Origin: Ginglymostoma cirratum
Lineage: Eukaryota
Length of the DNA: 64,000 nucleotides
Direction: 5' to 3'
NCBI GenBank assembly: GCA_024137785.1
Contig: JAHRHZ010000055.1
Span: 7,506,608-7,570,607, forward strand
Shown here: positions 1 through 11,190 of the stretch, piece after piece
How positions within the stretch are numbered: position 1 is the stretch's first letter
Layout of the letters: each line of letters begins with the position of its first letter
The notes under the pieces: generated by a model
What the model saw: only the letters and a program-made list of their open reading frames with translations
The model's database searches: none
What the model was told of the DNA's origin: nothing
Made by a program: the position numbers and the translations under genes

Positions 1-246
1 ATTTTTCTGTATTGAAGTTGCTGTTGAGTCACTGAGTGAGAGCATGAATAAATGAAGGAGAAAAAGCCTGCATAAGATGAATTCAGAGGCACTTTATATA
101 TCAACCTATTCAAAGATACTCAATTGCACACATCTGGTGTGGGTGAAGCCTAAACCTAGGTGTCTTGGCTCAGAGATAGACTGTGCCACAAGTGCACCAC
201 ATGAAACAACTTGATTTAAAGTACCAGGAACAATTTCGAACCGTAG

Positions 247-330
247 AGATATTTTCCAAGCAATCTGGTCAAAATGTTATTACAAACATGTGGAGCAGGT
301 GGGACTTGAACCTGGGCCACCTGGCTCAAG
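247..330 (-). mobile_element. short tRNA-derived SINE-like element (~120-bp family)
   Basis: Reverse complement of copies at 46455-46548 and 47115-47232 (B-box-like GGTTCAAGTCC plus tail ...TAATAACAT...GAAAATATCT). Confidence 0.65.
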
Positions 331-1871
331 ATGCATTTACAAAAGGGATTATACTAACCCTAAGCAATTGTGAGGCTTCAAAATGCTCTGTGGCATTCCA
401 TTGATGATCTCCAGTCCATGAATTGAAGAGCAGTCTTCCCAAACCAAGCCACCAACCAATCATAGAAAGGTTGCCTTCCCTGCTTGTGATTACTTCAAAC
501 TGATGAAAAGAGGCATGGACATTAGAACTCATAAGCAGCTTTTGATGGTGCTCATTTCAAAATGTAGATTTTTCAAGATCTATAATATAGCAATGGAAAC
601 AAATTTCGATACCACCAGCAAAGCCTGAAATGTCAATTGTGGATAACCATATGTGAAAGAGCTAAAACATTCCTGAGGACTATGTACCTTATCTTACTGA
701 GGCAGCACTGAGATAAGACTCATTGTGGCTTACATCCCTTGGTCACTTACCTTGAGCAGGCATATTCTGGATGATTTTGCATTGCTGCTTATCCTGTAGT
801 TTGTAGTCATTTGCTTCCAAGACATTTGGACATGGAAAACTGCATTGCTCGTTGTCTACCTCTGTTGTAGCTTCAATGGAAGACCCTATTGCAGTTCTCT
901 AAGGTCAATGCACCTATTGATGAAAATGTGACCTTTTGATGCTTGTAAATGGGTCTTCTGCTTCAAAAGCATTTCTCAGCTTAAAAACAGGTTATTTTTT
1001 GGGAGGTACAATGTTAACTCTGTGACCACATGCTGGGAAATTGGCTTATATTCTTCATGAAGTATGTCAGAAAGTAGCAGTTTAAACCAATCCTGTTGAA
1101 TATTAACAGATGTGTATATCTGGAGGAATGATCAGTGAACACTTCCAGATGTGAAAAGCAACTAATGTGTATCAGTGGTTTATTAGACACGTGATCATCT
1201 TTGAGCAGAGACAATACTTCTGAGACAGTACAGGTTGCCTTTGTTACACTCTTGCGTGTGTTATAGATTTGTGGAGTATAGTGTCTCTCACAGACATGCA
1301 CACAGAAGTTGGTCCCTTTTAAGCAGTGTTCCCCTACTGTTGTTTTTGAGAGACCTGAAAGGAAAATCATTCTATGAGGTTGGCTGCTTATCTGTTTAAT
1401 TCTTTCATGAACTGAATCAAACTGCTGTGCTATTTGGATAGATTGTAGCAAATCGCTATTACTGCTTGCTACCATAAACGTCTTGATCCGTGAATAAAGT
1501 AAATTTAGTAATATCTCCATGATACTCGGCTGTAGCTAATAACGCCAATTGGCTGGAGTCTGTAATTGCACAGCGGCAGTAATAGATATGAGTTGACATA
1601 AAGGAATTTAATCAGGAAGGTGAATATATAATTTAGAATGGGAAAGGATGTGACTGAAGTAGGGTTTGTTGAAAAGAAATGGAAGTAGATGAAAGATTTT
1701 TTGATCAGGTACTAATCAATCTCCTATGGCATAACATATGCATGGACAAATTATGCCCCCCTCTTTCCAGAATTGAATTTAGAATTGGATTTTATTGCCA
1801 TGTGCACTCAAGTACAGGATTACAGGAGTACTGTGCAGAAGGTGGGGGCACTTGTAAAATAAAATGGAATG

Positions 1872-1907
1872 GTTCTGAGGAAGGGTCACCGGACCCGAAA
1901 CGTTAAC
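1872..1907 (+). ncRNA. minimal type I hammerhead ribozyme motif
   Basis: gtt-CTGAGGA-a-GGGTC accg GACCC-GAAA-CGTT-aac: stem I gtt/aac, 5-bp stem II, palindromic stem III AACGTT, predicted cleavage after GUU. Confidence 0.8.
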
Positions 1908-2005
1908 TCTGTCTTCTCCTCCACAGATGCTGGCAGACCTGCTGAGCTTTTCCAGTGAATTTGTTTTTGTTCCTGATTTACAGCATCTGCAGTTCTTTTG
2001 GTTTT
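1874..2005 (+). mobile_element. minimal PLE-derived insertion (family 2), 132 bp
   Basis: 14-bp TSD TAAAATGGAATGGT at 1860-1873 and 2006-2019; starts at a hammerhead core; carries the PLE-type tail CAGCATCTGCAGT. Confidence 0.85.
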
Positions 2006-2659
2006 TAAAATGGAATGGTGTGCCTTCCATCTTCCCATTCACCCCATCTTACAATGGGTGCATAAGGTATCACTTAATAGGCATTTAAAGGTCTCACCCT
2101 GCCATTACCATCATAATGCCTGTGGCTGGGGTTGAAGGTCTCAAGGTGGGTAGCCTGTCAATTTTATCGCAGGGTCTGCTGGCAGGCAGGAAGAGGGTGG
2201 TGCCTCTTTTGGAAAGATCCTTTGTGTGCACTCGTTGCAGCACCTCTTTAAGACTACAAGCCTGGTCTCTAAAATATGACCAGCCTTCTCCACAAGTGCA
2301 CCTCAAACACTACCTTGCTGGGATCTGCCAGGAAGGCCCATCCAGAATTCCCTGCTTTACTGAAACAAACCATCCCCAGTATATTATCAGTGCAGAGCAG
2401 CCAAGTTTCTGGGTGGCATGATAAAACTGGACTTTTGAGGTGGGAGGAGGGCGTATATTGCAATCCCTCCCACCCTACCATAAAATCCAGCTCAGCATTT
2501 CAGGAATAAAGAATAATTAGTTCAGAACGTCTGGTCATCGTCCTATCCACATTTTATTTTATTTCATTCTTATTTTGTGCATAATATTTTTGATTTTACA
2601 TAATAATTTACTCTTAAATAGGAAACTTTATGAGATGCTGGGGAAAAGAGATGTAAATT

Positions 2660-2718
2660 TAATTGATTTGATTTAATTTACTATTGTTACATGTGCCAAG
2701 ACACAGTGACAAGTATTG
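2660..2718 (-). mobile_element. Rex/Babar-type LINE 3' tail fragment
   Basis: Reverse complement of the CACTGT...ACAATA..AAATCAAATC end seen at 43480-43544 and 60125-60182. Confidence 0.5.
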
Positions 2719-2787
2719 GACATAGGAGGTCCTCTGAAGGACACACTGAGTGAGGGAGGCCCACTGAAGTGCTACAACACCCCAGTA

Positions 2788-2912
2788 AAAATAAAATACT
2801 GCTGATGCTGTAAATCCGAAATAAAAGCAGAATGTGGTTGAGAAAGCCAGCAGGCCTGGTGGAGGGAGAAACATAGTTAATGTTTCATATTGAATATGAC
2901 TCTTCAAACTGA
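2788..2912 (-). mobile_element. decayed PLE family-2 3' fragment
   Basis: Reverse-complement similarity to 1874-2005 (AAATACTGCTGATGCTG...GTTAATGTTTC); HHR core degenerate. Confidence 0.6.
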
Positions 2913-3869
2913 TTACTTTCATAGTATCACCATTAAAACATCTCTTTAAAACGTCATCCACCTGCATAAGCATTTGACATTGTATTTGTGGATATTTCTA
3001 ATGGAAAGTAACTTAGACAGACGGCTCAAAACGTGACAAAAGGAAGTAAGCGTTTGAAAGTAGCAAATATGTGGAAATGTAAGGTATTTAATGTACAGAT
3101 ATTTTAAATTGTGCATAATATCTACAGGTGTTAATCTCTAACTTGATCTTTGCACTTCTGACATCATCTCCCTTCTAAACATGCTTTTAGAATTTTTGCT
3201 GTTGAGATTTTCTCAGTTCTGCATTATGGATGCTATCCTATAGAAACAGGCCTAGATTTAAATCATCATTATTGAAGTTGTTAATAAACGGATTAAACAT
3301 TTTGATTTAAAGCCCTATTTCATTCTCATTACGATATTTTACACGAATTCGAAATGCGTTTGTAAATGGGAAGAAATGTGACATTTAGCAACGTTTGATC
3401 TTGTCTCTGAGGTGATCTGAAATCCATTTCACTGGCGCACAAAGAAATCAGAAAGCCTGTTTGATGGAAACCATGGAGATGTATTGACTGGTGGTGTAAA
3501 CAATCCAGCAGGCACTCCATCCAATATAACAGTGAGCTGGCTGATTACATTTTATCACAATCCAAAAGGCTGCTTTCTGTCATGGTCAAATCCAATACCA
3601 TCATCAATAAGTTTGGTTCAATAGGACATAATCACATGTTACTTCACACCAGTTTCATACAATCAAGGAGCTAAGGACCTTTCCCGCCGAACGTTATTTC
3701 TTTGCTTGACGAGAAACATCAGGACCTGTGAGCCATGTTAATCACACGCCAGTATTTCAGAATAATTAAGCAGAATGCACGGGTTTAGCAGAAATCTCTG
3801 TTATGAAATAATTGATTCCTATACAGAACTCATGGGATGCAGTTTTACCATTTTGTAAAGTGTGCTGAA

Positions 3870-4520
3870 GGTATGGGGAGGCAGGAGTGAGGCGAGTATG
3901 TTTGGTGGTGAGTAACACAGTGCCCTCACCATCAGATAACTCACACAATTGTCGACCAATCAGCTTGTTAGGAGCTGTCAGGCCAGCACAAGCAGGTTTC
4001 TCACCCCATCATAGGCCTTGACACTGATGACCTGGGTCTTCAGAACTGCTGGCCAATCAGAGGCCAGCAGTCTCTGGATTCTAATTTGCACCGGCTGAGA
4101 CCTATGATGAGAAGGTAAGTTATTTCCATCACTCTGTTGCTTGACTGGGATGCGGGGGAGAGACTGGCTGGTGGGTTCTAAGGGGCAAGTGCAGAAGTGG
4201 CTTTCAGAGTCCCCAAACCTTGGCGCAATTGGAGGCTCTCCCCCAGCAGGCTGCTATGGATTCCCATTCAGGAAACTAGCCGCCCTCCTCACTGGTCGAG
4301 GCAGTGATTGGGGAGGTGTTGGATTTGGGCCTTAAGAGGTCATTAGTTGATCATTGAAGGGGATGAACTGCTGATGAGTTGGTTAAGTACTGTACCCAAT
4401 CAACCTCATCGCCAAACACTTAATTTCTGAGGTGGTGAGGAGGGGACAAGTTTCTCTCAAAGGTCATCTAGCCCCATCATTTCCCCTTCTTACCACCTCT
4501 AGGGAGAGGAAAATCACATC
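3870..4520. mobile_element. old GC-richer interspersed repeat, probably same class as 1782-2493
   Basis: Shared motifs with 14430-15310 and 2040-2490 (GGCCAATCAGAGGCCAGCAG, GGGCCTTAAG); heavily decayed. Confidence 0.35.
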
Positions 4521-4584
4521 TCTAGATCCCGTTCACTACCTTCCATCTTCTATCTGATAACATATGTTACACATTTTGTTGGAC

Positions 4585-4712
4585 AAAGGTCCAAAGGGAT
4601 AAGGAATCATGGGGGTGTGGAGTAGGTGAAGTGAAGATACAGGTCAACCATGAATTCATTGAATGATGAGACAGGCTCAAGGAGCTGAATGGAATTCTCC
4701 TGTTCTCATGTT
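4585..4712 (+). mobile_element. CR1 LINE 3' end
   Basis: CR1 3' UTR motif CCATGA..TCATTGAATG...GGCTCAAGGAGCTGAATGG..TCTCCTGTTCTCATGTT. Confidence 0.7.
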
Positions 4713-5530
4713 CAACAACTGCATAGCCGGATATGATGTAACATACAGTAATTGTCAAATTGTAGGAATATATTTCTACCCAAAGAATTCCCAGTGTTCC
4801 CTGTCCAAATGAAAGACTTTAACTTGTTCATGCATTATTTTGTGTATTTACATTTTGAATGAAATACTCCAGTTATATCTTTGAAAATATTCAAAAGTCA
4901 AGGTCATGTAGAATATCCAAAGACTGTGCCATCATTAAAAAACACCTGTGTGCTGCTGTTTAAATTAAAGTCCTATAAGAACTGTGCTAAGATCAGATCT
5001 CATGAGATCCTAAAGGACAAAATAAAACATTTATGAGGTTTGAGCTAAAGAATTCTCCAGCCACCTGGCAAAGTTCCAACCACTTTCTGTAAATATTCAG
5101 CTTCAATAGCACAATGAATACTTTATGGAGCCTTACAAACATACATGTCAACTACTTGCTGTTCATTTGCTGGCTTTATAATAGCTTAATCCTCAATATA
5201 AAGCCTGAGGCATTCATAGAGAAAGACAACCCAATTCTAATTTAAATATAGAGATAACAAGCATGGGGCTGGATGAACACAGCAGGTCAAGCAGCATCAT
5301 AGGAGCAGGAAAACTTGACGTTTCGGGCCTAAACCCTTCATCAGAAATGGGGGAGGGGAAGAGGGTTCTGAAATAAATAGGGAGAGAGGGGGAGGCGGAT
5401 AGAGGATGGATAGAGGAGAGGATAGGTGGAGAGGAGGCAGACAAGTCGAAGAGGCGGGGATGGAGCCAGTAAAGGTGAGTGTAGGTAGGGGGTAGGGAGG
5501 AGATAGGTCAGTCCAGGGAGGACGGACAGG

Positions 5531-5930
5531 NNNNNNNNNNNNNNNNNNNNNNNNNNNNNNNNNNNNNNNNNNNNNNNNNNNNNNNNNNNNNNNNNNNNNN
5601 NNNNNNNNNNNNNNNNNNNNNNNNNNNNNNNNNNNNNNNNNNNNNNNNNNNNNNNNNNNNNNNNNNNNNNNNNNNNNNNNNNNNNNNNNNNNNNNNNNNN
5701 NNNNNNNNNNNNNNNNNNNNNNNNNNNNNNNNNNNNNNNNNNNNNNNNNNNNNNNNNNNNNNNNNNNNNNNNNNNNNNNNNNNNNNNNNNNNNNNNNNNN
5801 NNNNNNNNNNNNNNNNNNNNNNNNNNNNNNNNNNNNNNNNNNNNNNNNNNNNNNNNNNNNNNNNNNNNNNNNNNNNNNNNNNNNNNNNNNNNNNNNNNNN
5901 NNNNNNNNNNNNNNNNNNNNNNNNNNNNNN
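5531..5930. other. assembly gap (400 N)
   Basis: Run of N between the two inverted arms. Confidence 1.
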
Positions 5931-6022
5931 ACCTCCTCTCCACCTATCCTCTCCTCTATCCATCCTCTATCCGCCTCCCCCCTCTCTCCCTATTTATTTC
6001 AGAACCCTCTTCCCCTCCCCCA

Positions 6023-6056
6023 TTTCTGATGAAGGGTTTAGGCCCGAAACGTCAAG
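6023..6056 (+). ncRNA. minimal hammerhead motif (mirror copy on - strand at 5314-5347)
   Basis: ttt-CTGATGA-a-GGGTTtaGGCCC-GAAA-CGTC-aag. Confidence 0.75.
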
Positions 6057-6624
6057 TTTTCCTGCTCCTATGATGCTGCTTGACCTGCTGTGTTCATCCA
6101 GCCCCATGCTTGTTATCTCGGATTCTCCAGCATCTGCAGTACCTTTTATCTCTGATCCAATTCTAATTTAAATGTTGGTTGCATTTTGACTCAATAGTTA
6201 ACTAAAAGGGAGACTGTTCTCTCATTCCATTTTCGGGTAGGCACCTTTGTTAAACAGGTGGTGATTTCATCTTCATTACCAGCAGCAGAATCATGTGGGG
6301 TTGACTGATCAGGGCAATAATTACTCTCCAGATAATGAAAGGCCTGGGGATCAAAAACAGTCAGAGCTTTCACACATGCCTTGCATGAGACATACAGCCA
6401 CAGTAAGACCTATCCATAAGGGAGCTAGTGCAAACTGTGATGTTGGGAATACCATATGATAGACTTTTCTTATTGAACCAGTAAATCCAGTGACAACACT
6501 CATTAGGGCCAAATCAAATATGCTCTGCTTTCTTGAACAATCATAAAAATGGTGTTGTCCGAGCCCTTCAGGAACTGTCAGCCATTTCAATCAATACATT
6601 ATAAATAAATCTATCTAGGCATCT

Positions 6625-7237
6625 CACAATACCAGAGCAGTCAAATCATTACAGACACAAGTTGGTATTGATGCAAACTGTCACAGCTTTATTAAGGAAG
6701 AAATAACAGTTAGACTTTAGTACTAACAATACTATTCTTAATCCCGCTGGATTCCTTCAGTTGTTACAGTACTTCCCAGAGGCTCTTGTATCTTTAATCA
6801 GATTTGTGAAGTTGTTGATCTCTTTCTTCCTCACTCTGGACAGTCAACCGGTCTTTGCCTTTACCACGCCAGTCACTTCTTCTTTGTCTCCAGAAAGTCC
6901 AAGGGATCGGTCTGCAGTTAAGGCCTGGTTTTATACCTTTTTGGATGGCTTTCTGGAAGTTTCTACATTCTAGCCAATCAGGGAGACTCGCTTAATGACT
7001 CGAAACATTGTCAATCATTTGGATGGCTTGCTAATGTTTGTTTCTTTGCGTATCAGGACCTGGGAGACTTTCTATCTATTTTTTAGTGTGCAATTCCTCC
7101 TTTGTTTGGTTGAACTTTTGACAAGATGTGTCCTTTTACATGATGCTAATGTCATTAGCACCTGGCTGCTGTGTTTGCACTGTACCTAATCTCTGGGCTT
7201 GCAACTTGCAGGGTTTTACTTAGCCAGATGTCCTACA
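6625..7237 (-). mobile_element. possible solo LTR
   Basis: Minus strand starts TGTAGGA at 7237 and has AATAAA about 65 bp from the far end (TTTATT near 6689); no clean CA end or TSD. Confidence 0.25.
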
Positions 7238-7509
7238 CCCAGCATCCCTTGCTGTTTGGCCAAGATGGCAATCTACATATGATTTAGCAGCCATGAGGCT
7301 GCTAGAATGAACTAAGCGGCTGTCTTGTGCAGAGGTAATGTTCCTACCACTGACCAGAAGACTAGGTACAAGTCCCATCAGTTCCAGAGATGTAATCTGA
7401 ACAAGTTGATTAAAGAACAGAGCAAGCCCCAATTTAGTATTATTGCTTTAAAAAAAAATCCAATGGCCTTTCTAAGCTGATGCTTGTGCATCAAATGATT
7501 AGTAATTTA

Positions 7510-7690
7510 TATCAGAATCAGAATCAGACCACCCTTTATTGCCACAAGCACTCAAATGAGTGCAGTGAAAAGTTTGTAATGTCGTCTCTTGGTGCCATCT
7601 TAGGTACAGGATGCTTTAATTGTTGTTACAGAATTGAAGTAGTAGAAAAAATAGCACTGAATAGAGTTTAAAAGTCCAGAATGTGAATAA
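7510..7690 (-). mobile_element. 3' fragment of the Rex-tailed non-autonomous element
   Basis: GGTGCCATCTTAGGTAC and CAGTGAAAAG are the reverse complement of 60085-60135; terminal microsatellite (ATCAGA)n. Confidence 0.6.
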
Positions 7691-8184
7691 AAAGCTATTT
7701 ATGCCAAATTTTTCTCAATCTCCTGCCACTGCAGCCCAGGGTAATTTAACAGATGAGTGATGGTGACTTACTAGATTGGAATTTGATCACTACAGGAAGT
7801 TTTTCATGGTTGCAAGTTCTGCAACTCTAATTTGCAATTCTTTTGTTTTACTGATCAACTCTTCAACATATTTTTCAGTGAGATCCTCTTCTGTCAGTTT
7901 GAAGAAATGGCATTGTTTACATTTCTACTTTCCAGTACAAAACCAACAATCCCAACAGATATTGTGTGTTTCTGAAACTATTTTATTACCTCATTTTTTA
8001 GTAAGGCAGCACCTCCCTTAATTAGACATTGACGTCACTGAAGTGTTGTTGAAAACAACTTTTATTCACCACAATGTGATTTTATGAAAGGCAGGCCATC
8101 CGTACAGATACCAATGGAACAGATTGTTTCCATGAGCTAGAGTTTAGTTTTTATATTGAGGAAACTGAAACTTAAAACTGAAGA

Positions 8185-8807
8185 AAGGTGTGGAGCTGGA
8201 TGAACACAGCAGGCCAAGCAGCATCATAGGAGCAGGAAAGCTTGACGTTTCGGGCCTAGCCCCTTCATCAGAAATGGGGGAGGGGAAGAGGGTTCTGAAA
8301 TAAATAGGGAGAGAGGGGGAGGCGGATAGAAGATGGATAGAGGAGAGGATAGGTGGAGAGGAGACAGACAAGTCAAAGAGGCGGGGATGGCGCCAGTAAA
8401 GGTGAGGGTGGGGGGGGGGGGGGTAGGGAGGAGATAGGTCAGTCCAGGGAGGACGGACAGGTCAAGGGGGCGGGATAAGGTTGGTAGGTAGGAGATGGGG
8501 GTGCGGCTTGAGGTGGGAGGAGGGGATAGGTGTGACGAAGAACAGGTTAGGGAGGCGGGGACGAGCTGGGCCTCTTCGACTTGTCTGCCTCCTCTCCACC
8601 TATCCTCTCCTCTATCCATCTTCTATCCGCCTCCCCCTCTCTCCCTATTTATTTCAGAACCCTCTTCCCCTCCCCCATTTCTGATGAAGGGGCTAGGCCC
8701 GAAACGTCAAGCTTTCCTGCTCCTATGATGCTGCTTGGCCTGCTGTGTTCATCCAGCTCCACACCTTGTTATCTCGGATTCTCCAGCATCTGCAGTACCT
8801 ATTATCT
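8185..8807 (+). mobile_element. complete non-coding fold-back PLE insertion (family 1B)
   Basis: Inverted arm 8185-8570 reaching the last ORF codons; direct arm 8570-8807; 16-bp TSD CTTAAAACTGAAGAAA at 8171-8186 and 8808-8823. Confidence 0.92.
8678..8711 (+). ncRNA. minimal hammerhead motif (mirror copy on - strand at 8241-8274)
   Basis: ttt-CTGATGA-ag-GGGCtagGCCC-GAAA-CGTC-aag. Confidence 0.75.
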
Positions 8808-9384
8808 CTTAAAACTGAAGAAAATGTTTAAGTTCTACAACTTGTATCTTTAATCTTCAATCAAGTACCTTAGTAACTGTATTTATTATTCTATAAGAGG
8901 CCTTAGTTCGATATATGTAAAAGTCAGGAATTCTTGCCTAGAACTCGGCTCCTTCCTCAAACAATGGTATAATTTGGCCAGGATTCTCCTCCGTTACGTC
9001 AGCTCTTCTTCTGCTGTGTGTTGTTTTTGATGTTGTTTCTAAGAGAACCAGGAGGCACATAAATAAGAGAGATTTTGCTGCTGCTCCTATGTTTTGCTAT
9101 CTCCTATGGGCCGTTCCCTCTGTTCTGGCTTTATCTGTGAGATTTAGGGTCAGTGTCGCATCCAGCAGTATCAAGCTGAAATTTCGGCTCCACTTTACTC
9201 TTTGAGCAACAAAATAGAATCTTTGAAATTTGAGGACAATAGACGTTGCAGCACAGAAGTAGATGTAACCATTATAATCACAATTCCCTTGTATCTTTCT
9301 CTATTCCTCCAGTGCAGGTATTTATCTAGTTCTCTCTTAACTATTCTTATGCTGCCAGCATTTAACCTTAATTGTTTCTTTTGA

Positions 9385-9930
9385 AATTCATTCCCAGGAT
9401 GTGGGTGTTGCTGAGGGAGCTGACATAGACAGCCTATCCTTGATAACAAGCATGGGGCTGGATGAACACAGCAGGTCAAGCAGCATCATAGGAGCAGGAA
9501 AACTTGACGTTTCGGGCCTAAACCCTTCATCAGAAATGGGGGAGGGGAAGAGTGTTCTGAAATAAATAGGGAGAGAGGGGGAGGTGGATAGAGGATGGAT
9601 AGAGGAGAGGATAGGTGGAGAGGAGGCAGACAAGTCGAAGAGGCGGGGATGGAGCCAGTAAAGGTGAGTGTAGGTAGGGGGTTAGGGAGGAGATAGGGAG
9701 GAGATAGGTCAGTCCAGGGAGGACGGGCTGCTTGACCTGCTATGTTCATCCAGCCCCATGCTTGTTATCTCGGATTCTCCAGCATCTGCAGTACCTTTTA
9801 TCTCAGCCTATCCTTAGTTGTCCTTGAAAATGTGGTGGTGGCTTCGCTTCTCGAATCACTGCAATCTGGTGAAGGTATCTCTACAATGTTGTTAGGTATG
9901 GAGTCCTAGGATTTTAAACAGTAACAATGA
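9385..9930 (-). mobile_element. 3' end of CR1-group LINE (family of 60360-61200), split by a PLE
   Basis: ATTCATTCCCAGGATGTGGGTGTTGCTG...GTCCTTGAAAATGTGGTGGTG resembles 59390-59430 and 60360-60520. Confidence 0.7.
9442..9803 (+). mobile_element. asymmetric fold-back PLE insertion (family 1A)
   Basis: Inverted arm 9442-9726 with HHR on - strand (9503-9536); short direct arm and tail 9727-9803; 12-bp TSD CAGCCTATCCTT at 9430-9441 and 9804-9815. Confidence 0.9.
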
Positions 9931-10484
9931 ATCTGTAGCAAAATGTGCCATGCTCCGATAACTTACTCTACAAAAACATTTCTTCTGTCATTTTTCCTCC
10001 TTCTGCTAGTGAAAAACATGCGTCTTAATCCCCTACTTTGTAACAATTCACCATTTAACAGGCAATAAAAGTCTGCTCTTGATTTTTGACCTTTTGCTTC
10101 TTAATCAAACTGCTTTGAAGTTCAACGACCATCAATGCAACATCAGAAGTGTAGAGATAGGATTTAATGAATATATAGATAAACTATAATCTGTATGTGA
10201 GACTGCTAGGAGATTGGAACCTGTACAGCTCAGCACATGCTGCTCTCTATTCTTAGCATCATCTACAGTGTATGAACAAACATTGTTTAAAAGTACCCAG
10301 AAAGCTGGCCTGAGCTTAGTATAGATTCTTTGAATCTTTATACAAGACAATGAAAACCAGAAATAATTGAGAAAACCTGGAAATCTATTTATTGCTCGCC
10401 GTCTATTTGCATTTTCTGAAATTTCAAGATTTCTTAAAAACAAAGTGTGTGGGCAACTCAGTTAAGAATACAAGTGTATTATTG

Positions 10485-10918
10485 ATAGAAACATGGTAAT
10501 CGCAGCAGCAGTAGGCCATTTGAACTTTTAAGTATGATCAATACGATCATGACTGATCATCCAACTCTGCCCCATGTTCCTGCTTTCTTCTCAGACTCTT
10601 TGATCCTTTTAGCCCTATCGACGATATCTAACTCCTTCTTAGAAACTTTCAATGTTTTGGCCTCAATGCTTTCTATGACAGGGAATTCCACAGCCTCACC
10701 ACTCTTTGGGGTGTCCTCCCTTGTCCTCATCTCGGAAATAAATGGCTAACCCTGTATCCTTAAACTGTGACCCTGGTCATTGAGAATGTTCTTCCGGTAT
10801 TTACCCTGTCCAGTTCTTTTGGAATTTTATAGGTTTCCATGAGATCCTCCCTCATTCTTGGAAAGTCTAGTGGATATAGTCCTCATCTAATTTGTCTTCA
10901 CATCTCAGTCCTGCCATC
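10485..10918 (-). mobile_element. CR1 LINE 3' fragment
   Basis: Antisense CR1 3' UTR (GCAGTAGGCCATT...GATCATGACTGATC) and GAATTCCACAG/CACCACTCT from the ORF2 C-terminus. Confidence 0.75.
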
Positions 10919-11004
10919 ACATCCTATGTTGTTGGTCATATAAAGCTCTAAGCCTGAAATTCCTGTCGGGCCAATCCACTGACTATTCAGTGGTTGACTA
11001 TTAG

Positions 11005-11190
11005 CCAGAATATAGGAGAAAATCCCCTTGCGTTTAGAGCAATGAGCTTTCTTAAATCTACCTAAGTAGAGAGGTGGAGCTTCAGTTTAACATCTCATCC
11101 AAAGACAGCATCTCTGGTAGTGTAGCCCTCAAGTGCCAGCTTTGATGTTTACATTCAAGTCCAGTCAAGGAGTGAGAGTTAGCTGAGCTG
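11005..11190 (-). mobile_element. Deu-domain SINE (SacSINE1/AmnSINE-like)
   Basis: GTTTAACATCTCATCCAAAGACAGCATCTC is the reverse complement of the Deu core as I recall it. Confidence 0.65.

Larger units (their letters stand above)
1782..2493. mobile_element. old MITE-like non-autonomous DNA element, interrupted by a hammerhead insertion
   Basis: Imperfect terminal inverted repeats GAATTGGATTTTA (1782-1794) and TAAAATCCAGCTC (2481-2493); internal similarity to 14430-15310 and 3870-4520. Confidence 0.4.
5248..6156 (+). mobile_element. fold-back Penelope-like insertion (family 1A), interior lost in gap
   Basis: Inverted pLTR arm 5251-5530; direct arm plus tail 5931-6156; 17-bp TSD CCAATTCTAATTTAAAT at 5231-5247 and 6157-6173; arms match 30693-30955. 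Confidence 0.9.

Noticed and set aside
751-913. Minus-strand exon with a perfect AAG|GTAAGT donor
   Set aside because: The better acceptor (913) gives stops in all frames; the open version (885) lacks a pyrimidine tract; no partner exon found
1014-1520. 168-aa minus-strand ORF
   Set aside because: No recognisable motif, and one ORF of this length is plausible by chance in six frames of 64 kb
8400-8530. G-quadruplex-prone tract (long G run)
   Set aside because: Intrinsic to the purine strand of the pLTR; no evidence of a locus-specific role
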